Assembly: GCA_001643675.2 (NCBI GenBank)
Contig: LSRY02000040.1
Span: 744,001-808,000 of the forward strand
Direction of reading: 5' to 3'
Length of the DNA stretch: 64,000 bases
Source of the DNA: Monocercomonoides exilis PA203
Lineage: Eukaryota; Protista; Preaxostyla
A model generated the notes under the pieces. That model saw only the letters and a list, made by a program, of their open reading frames with translations. It searched no databases and was not told where the DNA came from. The stretch's first letter is position 1. Each line of letters opens with the position of its first letter. The position numbers and the translations under genes were made by a program. Below are positions 37,490 through 51,361 of the stretch, one piece after another.

Positions 37490-38750
37490 AAATAATCAAT
37501 TTTCAAGAGTTTTATCATCTGATTCATCATCTATCCTTCCAGAAGTCATTTCTCCAACATATCCTTCAATTTCTTGATCTTCAGAAATTTGGAAAATTTG
37601 TGTTTTGTGTGTTGTATTAATCTTTCTCGATTTTAAATAGATTGTTTTCCTTCAGAAATTATCAGTTCTAATTTCCTTCTCAATCCATCTATCATTCGCA
37701 CTTTCCATATGAATCTGCTGCCTCAATTCGATGGTCGGACTGCATTATGAGATATCCCACTTTCATTCATTTTCTTTCATTTCCACCTCCTGCCCTGAAA
37801 TAAATTCAAAATCAATAAATAGATAAATATTCACAAAAAGAAAAACAAATAAATACCAAACTGCTCTTCGATTGCATTTTGACATCACACTCATCTTTGA
37901 TGACATCATCATTTGAAAAACTCTCATCGAAGCTTCAACTTCTGAATGACTGAATTCATTATGAAATTTATCTCGACAAAATTTATAGTTTATCTTATAG
38001 GATGGTCTTCTCAGCCCACCTGCAGAACTGTTAATGCCCAGCCAAACTTACAAGTTTTTGTTATGATCAACCCCTTAAAAAATGTTTTCAAACACTTAAA
38101 GTTGTATTTCGTTTTTATCTCGTCAATAACAGGCACAGGAGATATATGGTGCATCCAAGTGATGGAAGAGGATTATTTGTGGGAGAGGGCGGGAGCTGAG
38201 TTTTTTTTGAATGTTAATGTTTCAAGAGGGGTTCTTAAATGAAAGAAATTCTGAGACAATGGAATGGGGAAGAACATGTGGAGATTTAGAGAAAAATATG
38301 CAGTAAATATATTGAGAAGTTGCTGAGGATGATGAGGAAGGTTTTATTGTTGATGGGAGATATGGAATTTGAAAAAAAGGAAAAGAGATCAAAAGCGGGA
38401 CAGAGAAGAGGACAATTGAGAAATGTTTGATCGGAAGAGGGGTATTTTTTATGAGAAAAGATTTTATGGAAGAGAATGGGAATTCTGAAGAAAAGGAGGG
38501 GATTGATATTTTCTGAGGATTTTGGGGGTTGAATGGAAGAGGAAAAATGGAAAGGAAAGGAAATTAAGAAATGACTTCATTTTTGCTTTTGAAGAGAAAG
38601 GCAAAGCAATTACATAAAGACAGACAACGCTGAGGATGTCATTTTTCATCAATTTATTTCCTTCAGACTTCAACAAATATAACGATAACGATTGTCTTGC
38701 CATATATGAAATCAACTTTTGAATTTAATATTTGGTCCAATCAACGACTT
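37490..38750 (-). pseudogene. Decayed intron-containing gene, probable distant paralog of 48350-50890
   Basis: Coding-like broken frames. Pro/Ser/Phe-rich segment shares CCCTCTCCCACA...CTCTTCC (minus strand) with ~50035-50065. Confidence 0.35.
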
Positions 38751-38915
38751 CACACAAAATTTTCTCGACAAAATAACTATTTTTCAGCAGATTTAACGTT
38801 TCTATGTCTCTTCGTCATCATCACTTTCTTAGCGTTCTTCGCTTTCTTCTGCATCTAAGATATTTCCTCTCATTTTAACATTGTATCAGTCAATAGACTA
38901 TCAAATGCTTGAAAG

Positions 38916-41700
38916 ATGTTCAATCAGCAGATTGATTGCACCATTCAAGAATCAATTCATTCAGTATTCCTGCTCTCAACAGTATTTTCATCGCCATCAA
39001 TGCATTCTTCAGCTTCGCTGAATGTACATTTGAACTGTTTTCCTCTTCCCCAGAGGCGCACTCCGCTCTGCTTCAGCACTTCGTGCGGCTTCTTCGCTCC
39101 GGCTGTGCTTAACAGTGTGAATGAAGCGAATGGGCATCGAATGAGAAATGGCAGTGGAAGAGGGAAGGAGCTTCAAGGCACATTGCGTTAATCAGCTCGC
39201 TTTATGACACCGCCAAGAAGCGAAGAAAGAGAAGTTCAAGTTTAAATTGAAAAAGCAAAGAAAGCGGATTTCAGAAGCAAATTGAGCGCAGAGCAGAGGA
39301 AATGGAGACAGCAGGAAGAGCCAAAGGCGAAGACGAAGAAGAAGGAAAAAGACGAGTTTTGCACATTGCAAATCGATGCTTTTGACACAAGACTTGCACA
39401 TTCAGCAACAGAAAGGAGGAGGAGGGACAGGGGAAGAGAAGAAGGAGATGATGATGAAGATGAACAGCAGCAGACATTTTGTTCGTTTGACGGCATGCTT
39501 TCATCTGCCCAGCAGCACACTCAACACATCGCAGCCTCCTCAACATTTGCCACTCCTCCTTTTTCTCCCTTGCCACACACACTATTGTCTGCCCCTTCTG
39601 TTCTTATTGGAACTCCGCCAAACACACTCACTCCTTCATTTCCTGCCACAGACACATCTTCACTCACACAGAAGTCCTTCGACATGACTAGCCCAAGCTC
39701 TGCCTCTTTATCAAACATGTCTTCCTCCTCTCCTTCTTCTTCCTCTCCTTCTTCTTCTATTTCTTCGTTCTCGCTTCCACCGCTTGTGACTGTGCCGATC
39801 CCTCGTGCGATTCTCGGGAAGAGCAGATTGGACAATGTGTGTGTGTTTGCAAGCAGCAGCGTGTCAGCGACGAGGGATGTGTTTGAGCCACAGAGCATCC
39901 TTCTGAACTATGCAGCGTATGTGGCTAGCCAGGGGATTCGGGTGGGTGGGGAGAAGGAGGGGAAGGAAGGGAAGGGAGAGAAGAAGGATGAGAAGAGGAG
40001 TGCAAATGAGTTTGTGAGTGATAAAGATGGAAAGGGATCGTTGTATCTGACAAATAAATGCATCGATAATGAGAAAGATGAAGAGGAAGAGGAAGAAGAT
40101 GAAGATTGATTTGACAAAGACATTAGAAAGGCTCAGAAAGAAAGAGGAGCAAAAGAAAAGAAGAAAACAACAAAAGCGAAGAATAAGCCTGTAACGATTC
40201 TGACCACACTTTGCTCAGATTTTTTGCCTGAAATCAAAAATCGAAGAAGGACTCAGCTGCGAATTATCGAAACACATTCGCTTTCTCTGCATTAGCGTCT
40301 GCAAGCACATCAACTTCATTAACTTCTTCTTTCTTCTTCTTTCTTCTCTTTCTTATTATTCTGCTGCTGCTTCTGCATCTTTTCTCTCATCATATTCTTC
40401 TTCCGCTTCTCAGACACAACCTCAATTCTCTAACTTATCGTTATCATCGTTATTGTTGTTGTTGCTGCCCACCTCCTTTCCCTCTTTTTTCTCTTCTGAC
40501 CTCATCCCAACCACCTGATACTCACTACAGCTTTTCTCTTCTGCCTTCTTCCTCTTCCATCCTCCAGCCTATATCCACTTAGGCAGCGATGACAAGTGGT
40601 GCATCCGCTTTCACGTGCAGGAGAGTGAAGAGCAGATTCTATCGTTCTGCCATTCTGATGAGCTTCACACGTACATTTCCCACTTTTCCGCAAAGATATT
40701 GATGGTTTGATATATCATTTGAAACAAAAATAATTTTGTCATAATTTATTTTTGTTATTATTTTTTTTTTTTTTGAATATTCATTTCTATTCTTCATCCT
40801 TTCACAGATGCGTGGAGGAAATGTGCTATCAGGCTGTGACTCAACTTCTCCATCCAGTTTTTTATTTTGATATTTCTCTTCTTTTCTCATCGCTCCAATA
40901 ATAACAGATACTTCGTCATATCTCGCTCTATCTTCAAATTCATCAGATAATTCATCATCTTCCTCTTTCTCTTCTCTGTAACTTAAGCAACATCCTCCTT
41001 CTTCTCTCTCCTCTAACTCTGTCGCAAGGGACTTTCTTTTTCTCTACCAGCACAGGCACAAGATTCAACAGAAAACAAACCAATCGACTCGATCAATACT
41101 GTTTTCATAGAACTCCTTATCTCATACGACTGAAACAAATTCCATTCAGTTCGATCCTATCTGAGCATAACATGAAACACAACTGCTTCGTTTTCTTCTT
41201 CTTCCTCTTCATCTTCCTTCATTCACCTCTTCAATCGTACTGAACCGGCTGATATTTACATCAAGGAAAACATTCGCCTGCATTTGTTTGATGGTTTCTG
41301 TATTCCAAGATGACGCTGCCCATGGAACAGTCGGAGTTGTTGAAGGAGTTGAAGGAAAAGAGGTTTGCTATGGAGATGAGGTTGAATATGCTGGGATTGT
41401 TAAATGCGAGACTGGTGATGAAGGTGTGGTTGAGGAAGATGGAGCTAGCTGCAAGGAGAAGAAAGAAAAGAAATTGAACAAAACGAATTCGAAGAAAAAG
41501 CTTAATAAGTTTTTTTAAGAGAGAAGCAATGAAGCAGTGAAACGAAAGATAAATAAGGAAACCCATATATGTCAAAGAATACCACAGGGGTAACATTATC
41601 AAATGGGGGATTCAGATGAAGGAGAGCAGAAACGGAAGAAAGATGGGCAGCAGATGAAGAAGAATGCTAGAATATCATTTCATAAGAATAATTAGGAAAA
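38916..41700 (+). pseudogene. Decayed low-complexity host-like gene carried in the 5.07-kb element
   Basis: 275-aa ORF 39282-40109 flanked by same-strand coding-like segments with stops; Ser/Glu blocks like the host genes. Confidence 0.45.
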
Positions 41701-42734
41701 AAAAGTGGAATTGACTCTGTTGTGATCTTCCATTGCTATTTCCTTTCCATTTTGTTCATTGTTATTATAAATCGTTGGAATGAACTGCTGGAGCAGGAAC
41801 TTGGTGATGATGTTTCAGATCAATAAATATAAAAAACATTGCATCCAATTTTAAATAAACTAATTATGTATATTAATATCTATCTGTATTATTTTTTTAT
41901 TTATTAGTACTGTTTAGAAATTCTTGAAACTTCTATTTTCCTTTTTAAGATTGGTTTTTCATATTTTTTTTTTGAAATTTGATCAAAAAAACACTTTTTA
42001 ACCAAAACTTTAAAAAGGAATGCTTTTTTTCAAATTAATAAATATTACAAATTTATATAACAGAAATTAAAGCCAATTTCTTGTAAAAAATCAATTTTTT
42101 CATTGATCAACAAATACCACAATTCATTTTATTTTTTCGATTTTTGATCTTTTTTTATGATGTAAAAAAAAAACACCCATATAGTTTTGTGCAGATTTTG
42201 TCCTTCACAGAATTCCATCCATAAATCAACATTCAATAAAATAACAGTTGAATTTGTTTTCATCTCTTGTACCAAATAAAAAATTATAATAATCATTGCC
42301 TTTGCATAACTTCATTTATTTCTCAATGGCTATTTATTAATCAGCTCCATTTTCATTATATTGCTCTCTCAAGCGGATATTGTCCATTTCAACAATAACT
42401 CATATTCCTGCAATTTGGAAAGGATACAGATGGAAATATCCTCACAATTTGAAAAACAATAACAACAATAATGAATCACAACGTTTTCTTCATCTTGAAT
42501 TTATTTTGGTTAGATCAAAAAGAAACAAAAGATTTCCATTTTTGACTTAGACAACCAATCATTGAGGCTTCTTCGCAATTTCTTTTGCATTTCTTTTTAT
42601 AAAGCAAAAACAGTACAGTTTGTATCGCGATCATTTTAGTACTGCAATATAATCAACGATGTGTGTATTTATCTTTTATTTTGTTTCTTGTTACACGTTG
42701 CCACTCTTTTTGTATATTTTTTATAACAAACAGA

Positions 42735-44125
42735 ATGAGTTTGCCAAATGCTGATAAATGTGAAAAAGGAGTTCAAGCTATAACCTTAACAGAACAGTTT
42801 TCAAGTTTGTTCTTTTATTTGGATTGAACCATTTTGAACAAAATTTTTGTTTTTTTAAATGTTTTTTGAAGAATTATTCCATGAGCTTTAGCGTCGCAGA
42901 GAAGATGAACAAATGCAGAAAATTGAGGAAATGGATGAAATGATTAAAGAAAGGAATATTTCGATGGAAAATGCAATCTTGCTGTTGAAGCATGTTGGAT
43001 ACAACAAAGTGCTGAAAAAGTTTTTCTCATATTCTTTTGATTATTCATTGTTGAGTAAAAAAATGCCAGGGATGATAATTGAAGAAGAAAGGAGAATAGA
43101 AGACAAGAACGAAAGGCTTTTGGTTGATCTTTGCGAATGTTTTGCTTTGCTAAATTTCTACTTCATTTCGGATGAATTGCTTTTAATCATTGTACCTCGC
43201 CTTCTGAAAGTTGCCTCGAAGAAAGAGGAAAACGAGGAGACTCAAAAAGAAGCGGAAATGGCTTTGCTGGCTTTAAGTAATGCTAACACATATTATGTAT
43301 GTTTGCTTCTATTTTCTTTTTGATGTTAATTGTTTTTTTTTTTTTTTTTATTCTGATTAGGATATGCCAAAAGAACTTTACTTGAATGAAATGACAGAAA
43401 TCATCAAATGTCATCAGGAACATCACAATATGACACGACTTGCCTTTCAATCAGCTTGGCAATTTTTGATAAACAGATTTTTCACCAACATAAGCTTGGA
43501 AGAAGTGATTATGAATGAACTGCATTTTTCGAAAGAGGCAGCAAGAGAACTGGAAGATCTGTCAAAGAGTGTAGATTGGAAGAGAAAAGAAGAGGGAAAA
43601 GGTGAAAGGGAAGTGAAAGAAGTGTCTGTTATCAAGAGATGGCTTCTTGTTATTGATGATTTCTTAAACTCATGCACATTGTGGAACGAAGAACTTACTG
43701 GTCTTATCCGCAGCATTGTTCAAATGATTCGAGCATCAAGGGACAATCACAAAGAAATTCTAAATGGATGTCTCGATTCACTTCGATGTACAGCAATAAA
43801 TAGAAATGTGGAAATTGATGACTTGTTGAAAAGCGGGGCTGTTGATGCTGTTTTGGAGGAAATGAAGCAATCAACTTTGGATGATTTTATTTTGTGGAAT
43901 TGCTTGGATTTCTTTTTGAATATTTCAAAAAGACTGAAAGAGGAGGAGGAGGATGAGATGGACGAAACAAAACGAAAAGAGTTGAAAAGAGAGATTTTAG
44001 AAAAGATGGAAGAAGAAGGATATGAAGATTTCATCAAAAGTTTTCGAGAAATGATTGATTTTTTGAACAGAAAATACTATGATTGTTTATCATTGAATAT
44101 TTCTGATTATTTTGTGAGTATTTAA
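42735..44125 (+). pseudogene. Multicopy family copy B (premature TAG and internal deletion in exon 2)
   Basis: Exon 1 MSLPNADK...LTEQFS. Exon 2 reads LFHEL*RRREDEQMQKIEEMDEMIKE, lacking ~25 residues present in copies A and C. Exon 3 (43364-44125) is open. Confidence 0.75.
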
Positions 44126-44919
44126 CCAAATTCTTTTCAATAAAAATTGTGACTCAAAAATTATATTTTCTTTTCTTTTTTATTCATATCACAAAATGGG
44201 AGGAAAACAAGAATTGAATGAATTTAAATATTGTTTTTCTTTCCTTTTACAAAAATAAAAAGAAAAAAGAAAAATCTTTTCGATTTGTTCCATCAAGAAT
44301 CTTCATTTAATGGATCATTGCCCTCCATCTTCATCAACAAGATTCATTTTGAACAATGTGTTCAATTGTTCAGTTTTTGTCTCTTGAATCCTCTGCTCTC
44401 CTTTGCTTATTCTCTTTCTGATTATATTTTCAATGAACATGAGAAGGTGAAGGAGAAGAATGAAATGATTATTCTTGAGAAGAATTCAAAAGAAATGAAG
44501 AAAGAAATGTTTGCTGAAGAAATAAGTTGTCAACTTTTTTTGTTAAAAATTAAACAGAAATAAATCTGATGACAAAGAAGAAGAAGAAGAAAAGGAAGAT
44601 CACAAATGTTGAAATGAAGACAGATGCTGTGTGAATGTTTGAATGAGGGAGGGAGAGTGTGTGAGTGATGTCGAAGTGGAAGATGAGAATGAGAAGATTG
44701 AATGAGATGAATGAAGAACACACAATTTTTGTTGAATATTCTTCAGATTCAACTGAAAATGTTGCCTAAGAACGAAATCTTTTCTCTTTTCTCTTCTCTT
44801 CTTATCTTTTCATATTTGTTTTTTCACATGCTCGTTTTCTTTCATCTTTCTTCTTCAAGTTTTCTTCTTTTCTGAGTTGAGATGAGATGAAATGAATGGA
44901 GATGTGTAGAATATTCCAT

Positions 44920-46324
44920 TTACAGATACGTTAAATATTCAGAAGTGTTTTTTGACAATTTAAGATAATTTTTTCCGTTAACAAAAGAAATCACTCCATA
45001 AAGGCTTGCAATGATATCTTCATATCCTTCTTCTTCCATCTTTTCTAATATCTCTCTTTTGATCGCCTTTCTTTTCGCTTCTTCCTTTTCATCATCCTCT
45101 TTTTCTTTCAGCCTTTTTGAATATTTCAAAAAGAAATCCAAGCAATTCCACAAAATAAAATCATCCAAAGTTGATTGCTTCATTTCCTCCAAAACAGCAC
45201 CAATAGCTCCACTTTTCAACAAGTCATCAATTTCCACATTTCTCTTTTCTACTGCACATCGAAGTGAATCGAGACATCCGTTGCAAATATCTTTGTGATT
45301 GTCCCTTGATGCTCGAATCATTTGAACAAGGTAGGCTATTAGCTTTGCAAGTTCTTCATTCCACAACGTGTACCATGCCAAGTAATTATCAATAGCATAA
45401 ATCCATCTCCAGATCACAATCACTTCTTTCGCTTCTTTTCCTCTTTCTTCTTTTCTCTTCCAGTCAATGCATCTTGCCAGTTCTTCGATTTCTCTTCTTG
45501 CTTCTCTCGCGAAATGCAGTTTATTCACAACCACTTCTTCCAAGCTTTTGTCTTTGTAAAATCTGTTTATCAAAAACTGCCAAGCAGACTGATAGGAAAG
45601 CCGAGTGAGGTTGTGATGCTCCTGATGATATCTGATGATTTCTGTCATTTCATTTAAATATAGTTCTTTTGGCACTTTCTAATCAGAATTAAAAAAATAA
45701 TTAATAACATCAAATAGGAAATAGTAATGCTCAAACAGCGAATTTATAAATGCAACTTGAAGCAAACAAAGCTATTTCAACTTCTTTCTGAGTTTCCTCG
45801 TTTTCCTCTTTCTTCGAGGCAGCTTTCAGAAGGCAAGTCAAGCACGCATAAGGCAGTCTTAAAAGAGTGCTGTCTTCCAACAAAAGATAACATTCACAGA
45901 GATCAACCAGAAACTTTTCGTTCATTTCATCTTTTATCTTCTCATTTTCATCAATTATCATCGATGGCATTTTTTTACTCAACGATGAATCATCAAAAGA
46001 ATTACAAAAAAAGCTTTTCAATTCCTTGCAAGAACCAGCATTTTTCAACAACAAAATTGCGTTTCCCCATGACAATGTCTTTTCTTCAATCATTTGGTAT
46101 ATTTTATTGAATAGATCTTTTGTGAAAACTGTTATGAATTCTCCTTCATCCATTTCTTCAATTAATCCATTCATTTCCTCTATTTTCTGCACTTGTTCCT
46201 CCTCATCGCACTCTCCAAATCCATCAAACAATGCTTCAAAAATATAAAGAAAGAAAGAAATGCAATTACCAGAAATTCAAATGCAGCAATGATGCAAACC
46301 AGTGAACTTTTCGGTGACGCTCAT
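44920..46324 (-). CDS. Multicopy family copy C (3 exons), apparently intact, tail-to-tail with copy B
   Basis: ATG 46324 MSVTEKFT; ORFs 45731-46231 and 44920-45675 are joined by a GTTTG...TAG intron. The 5' region is near-identical to copy A. Confidence 0.8.
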
Positions 46325-46757
46325 TTCCTTCGACTTTTAGCAAAGCACATCATTCGGAAAACATCAATATTTTTATCAACCCAAATGAAAAGAATAATCG
46401 AGGCAGAGAAATAATAACAAATATTATATTTTCAAAACTATCAGGGAAATGCCTTTCCTCATACCACTCTTTTTTGTGCAAGAACTTTTGGCAAGGTATT
46501 GCAGAGAAAAAGATAGCTTAATCCTTGTTGATTTGTTGTTATGGATGTTTTGATCAAAAATTTAACAGATAAACTGTCTGATTAATTGAAAGATAAGATA
46601 TTCACAAATTCATCCTTCATTATTAATCATCAGATTGATCCAGCGAAGCGATAACAATTTTGTATAATTTTCAAAAAATAAAGTTTTTAGCAATTCACAC
46701 AACGAGAATTGATAAAAATTCTTTCAAAATAAAACATTAAAATTCAAAAAAGTTGAT

Positions 46758-47786
46758 TAGGGTGCATATTTTATCTTGACATCAAAATTTTATCTCAACC
46801 CTGTTTTTTTGAAACTTATTTTTGCTTTTTTGATTTATGAAAAGGCTAAAAACAAAAACAAAATTAATAGACTTCTTGATATTTATGTTTTTCAGAATTC
46901 TGTTAAAAAATTTTTTGAGATTTTTATGTTCAAAAAAATATTCAATATTTTTATTATTTTAGGACCCAGATCAAAGACTTGCTGGCTGTGAAGCCAATAT
47001 TTCATACTGAACGTTTTAAGCCACAGCATCACAATTCTACATTCCTATATTATTATTTTAACTTGTTTTGACTTTTTCAATAAAATTTTTAACCTTTTTT
47101 TCTCATTTCACTATTTTTGCTTTAAACACGATTTTCGGAATAAATATGAATTTGTGTAGGTTTTTAAGCATATAAAATATAAAAACGAGGTGTTATTTAT
47201 TGGATATTTTTGTTTAATTCTGAAAAGAAAAAGAATTGAACAAGAAATTGAAGCGAAATGGTAGAACATATGAAAATTTTGATCTGAAAATTGTTCGTCA
47301 TATGCAAATATTTAGTTGTTTTTTCTTTGAGATATCATTTCATTTCAAATATGTTTTTATTTGATTTCATTAAATTTTAAAACAAATGGATGCATGTCTC
47401 TAAAATCGTGTTTTTAAAAAAATGTGTGAAATGAGAAAAAGTGTAAAAAAAACAAGTTGAGAAAGTTAAAAACAACTAAAACATATAAAAACGAAATGAT
47501 GAACAATGTTATTGAAGCTTAAAACTTCCTATCAAAAATATTCGCTGGAAAAGCAGCAAGCCTATGATCAAACCATAAAATTATTATAATCCTCGATCTT
47601 TTTGAAAAAAAGAAATATTGAAAAAAAAATACAGAATAAGGAAATAAAAGCATTTCAAACATTTCTGGTTATTTTTTATTTATCACAAGCTTGTGTAAAG
47701 CTAAAAGCATAACAAAAAAGAAAAAGGTCTAGATAAAGAAAAAGGTCAAGATAAAGAAAAAAGGTCAAGATAAAATTATAGCCCTA
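46758..47786. mobile_element. ~1.03-kb degenerate foldback element with TAGGG...CCCTA termini
   Basis: TAGGGTGCATATTTTATCTTGAC ... GTCAAGATAAAATTATAGCCCTA. Three tandem AAAAGGTC(A/T)AGATAAA subterminal units. Internal inverted similarity around AGATCAAAGACTTGCTG / CAGCAAGCCTATGATC. No TSD found. Confidence 0.7.
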
Positions 47787-48349
47787 CATCAATTAAGGCT
47801 GTATGATCTGACAAATCATTTTTTGCATCATCCGTTTCTATTGAAAAAAAGAAAAAAGAAAGAAAGAAACAGAAAAAAAATGTTAATTGCATATTTTAAC
47901 ATTTATTCTACCAAGATTTTGTATAATATTGTTTGTTTTTTAGAGTATAGCTGTATTTGATTTTTCTTAACAAAATACACCATAAAAAATTTTTGATGCT
48001 ATTTCAAAAAATTTCATCTTTTCTCCTTCTGCTCGAAATTTTTCCAAAACGTATTTCATAAATGTATTCTTATCAAAAAGTGTTGCTGCTAACTATTTTT
48101 ATAAAAGACAATTTTTGGATTTTAAAAATTATCAAGATATAGCATTTTTTCAATTGAAGTGGCGAGATCGAACTTTTTGAATTATTTCAAATGACTGAAA
48201 CGAAGTTTTTGTTTTCTTATCATTAGAATTAGCTGTATTTGTTTTGATTGTTGCTGTGGATTTCTCTTTTTGTCAATATTTGATTTTAATTGTCACGATA
48301 TGCTTGAAATGAATAGTTCCATTAAGCTTGTGTTCATTATCGAACAACA

Positions 48350-50890
48350 TGCTAGCAATAAAACGGAGTGAAATTTTCGTTGAAATGAACAAAAACTTAA
48401 AATTGAAGGAGGTGTTTTGTAATACTTATGTCAGCAGATACAAAAGCGGAACAAGGAGAAGAAGCATCTTTCGAATGTTCAAATTTTGGGTTATCGGTGT
48501 TCACGTATGCTTCATTCAATGAAGAGCAGAACGAACATTACGATAGTTTGGTGAAATGCGAAGAGTAGAAAAATCTCATCAATTTGCAGTTCAACGATAA
48601 AGCCAAAATTTGCTAATCTTGAGACAAATTTGCCTTGCAAATATGAACAAAATCTGTTAAATGACAATTAATAAAGTGATTATTGAAGAAACAAATGAAT
48701 GAAACTGAGAAATGCTTTTGAAATTATTCTACGATGAAGATGAAGTCACAAAGTTATTTCATTCATTGCTTTTCGTAATTCTAACGACTCAGCCATATTC
48801 CATTAATTATTCACTTTCAATTCTGAGATATTAAAATTCCAAAATCTATCACTTTCGAAGCAATTCCTTTTTAAGAACTGAGTTGGTGATATCCTCCTTT
48901 ACTTTGACTTGAAAAACACAAATAAACATCAGAAAGAACAGCCAATTCAACAGTTCAATCATGCTTCCCTTGTTCCTTTTTACGTAAACATTAGCCGCTT
49001 TGTCTGGGCTGTCAATTATTGATCCCAGTATCTGTTTCAGGAACGTATCAAACGAAGGATATTTTTCTGAAGTCGATAAAGACTGATGAAAACTCGAATG
49101 ATAAGAAGTGATGTGACGAATCATCTGACTGCCTCAAACAAAAGCATAATTTGTTCAATATTTTCTTCTCCTTTTCATTCTTCTCTCTCATAACAATCTC
49201 CATCTCCTTTCATCTTCAAACACAGTATTTCTTTTTTCATAACATCCACTTCTGTCTCCGCATAGAAAGACGGTATATAACAGCAAGGCAGAGCAAACAT
49301 CGAAAAGGAGAAATTGGACCTATGTGCCATCTTTTCCAAATGCGATGAAAGAAGATCTTTTTTTAAAAACAACTGAGAATCGCTGATTTTGTTCACAAAG
49401 GATGTCATTTCTGCCGTTTGAGACGGCCGAACAGGATGTTGTGGCTGCTATTGTGCTGCCGGAATGCTTCTCAATTTCTTTTAACTTGTTCGTTTTCGTG
49501 TGCAAGATAAGTCAGTGAAGATGCACTAACTGCAATGATGGTTTTCTTGCAAATCTGTTCGTGTGCTTCAGAGAAGATCTTTAGGAAGAAGGGCGATGGG
49601 AACAAGGGGAAGCTGCGGAAGAGGAGGAGGAGCAATGTAGATGAGATCGGTGGAGGGAGGTGGTTGGATTTGGAATAAGGAAAGAAAATAAAAATTTGAA
49701 AAGAAATAGAACAAAAGAAAATGTTTTGAAAGGCAAATAAGTTATTGCGAAAAATATTATTGATAAATAAGCAAACCTCACTCACAACTCTTTTCACCTG
49801 CATTGCTGGTTTGTGCTTTGATGATAGTGGAATAGGTGTCTTATCTTCAGACTCACTCTCTGTTTCTGGCTGTTCTTCCGCTTTTGCTCTTTTCGTTGCT
49901 CTTCTCACGAACAGAAAAGGAGTCTTCACCAAAACAGGAAGAAGAAACTGGTTTTACAGCAGCACTAATTCGAAGAAGAAGAGTGTTGAAAAGAATTCAG
50001 AGGGAGATTTTGGCTCAGGTATTTCGATGGGAGAAGGGAAGAGATATTCATGTGGGAGAGGGTGAGGAGGAGGTGGGTCGTCTTCCTTCATGAAGAGGTC
50101 GGTGGAGGGTGTTATCACAGAAAAGGGGAAGATAACTTCATCGGTTGTGAATGGGATGGGAGAAGACAAAGCATTTTTTGAGGATAAAGCAGCTATGTTG
50201 GTATTTGTATGATATTCATTAAGAAACGGCCAGAGATTATATGAACTGCTAACAAACTGATTTGTGAAGCAAAAAGTCGAAGCATTCATACTCTCCTTTT
50301 TCTGCTCGACTATCTTTTGGGGAGGAGATTGAATGCCGCTTTTGTATGCGCAATGTGCGAGATCAAAGATAAATTGGTGGGGTTTATCTGAGGAGAAAAG
50401 AGGTGAATGTTTGGAAAGAAAAATAAAAGTCTAACAGAATAAACAGAAGATTTCTTGAGATAAATAAAATAATCAGAAAACATGTTGTAATAATAAGTCA
50501 TAATCAATTATTATAAAATTAAATAACAGCACACTATCAAAATAATATCGAAAAATTGGATATGTGTAAAATGTTTGCTTGGCTTCTTTAATCTTCCAAT
50601 TCCATTGCTTTTGAGCAGATAAACGTTTTTTCTCATCTCCATCTTCTTCTTCTTTTTCTCTTCCACCTTAATCTTTTCTTCTTTCTCTTTTCTTTACTTC
50701 AGAATCAGACGGCGATTCCAATGAGGATGAAGAAAAGGAAGAGAATGAGTAGTAGAAGGTAGAAATCCTGCACACAAACATTTTTCTTGGAAATTGTTAT
50801 TCTTCTTTTTTCTTCAGTTTTCATTACCAGCTCAACTTTCTTATTCAAAATTCTTTGTCACACTATTCTTTTTTCTTCCCCAGCCATTTC
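48350..50890 (-). pseudogene. Decayed multi-exon gene of unknown function
   Basis: Series of minus-strand ORF pieces (49954-50289, 49471-49932, 49175-49408, 48849-49124) separated by stops and intron-like AT-rich segments. Confidence 0.5.
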
Positions 50891-51139
50891 CCAAAAAAAT
50901 CGTGTTTGTTCACTTAATTTCATTGAAATAATAATTGAGGAATGATTGAAAATACATTTTCAAATAGAAACGTTATTCTAAAATTTATGAAAAAGCTGAA
51001 CTATGTGAAACAATACTTAGAAATTGAAAAATAAAAAGTTATACCACACATGTTAAACATGTCATTTCTATTGATTATAAAAATAATTTGCTTGTCAAAA
51101 AATGTTTTTTTCATTGAATTGAAATTGAAACAATAAAGG

Positions 51140-51174
<35 letters not shown>

Positions 51175-51361
51175 GATGAAGTTAATAATTTTTTCAACAT
51201 ATTGATCTATTGGACCGATTGAGCTTTCTTTCTGCAGATATTTGTAGTTTAAGTGATATCGAATAGGATCTGTCAATAGCCCTTTTTTAATGCTCTTTAA
51301 GCGATTGAAAAAAATGTTTGATTGTTGTTTATTGTTTGAACGCACAAAATGTTTCATATGT

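Larger units (their letters stand above)
37113..42178. mobile_element. 5.07-kb GGG...CCC element with perfect ATAT TSD, carrying two decayed genes
   Basis: ATAT|GGGTGATTTTTTTTGATATCATAAAAAA ... TTTTTTATGATGTAAAAAAAAAACACCC|ATAT. Flanks rejoin into one reading frame; same terminal type as the 250-bp MITEs. Confidence 0.75.
30200..42500 (-). pseudogene. Decayed gene split by two large insertions (remaining pieces ~30200-31776, 36740-37112, 42179-~42500)
   Basis: Removing the DIRS element gives a continuous frame VSKEIFIRNLLNFFDATGNNRKIQNIFDQ. Removing 37113-42178 gives WNSVKDKICTKLYRIWEHKAVEQFFGK. Outer limits approximate; product unknown. Confidence 0.5.
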
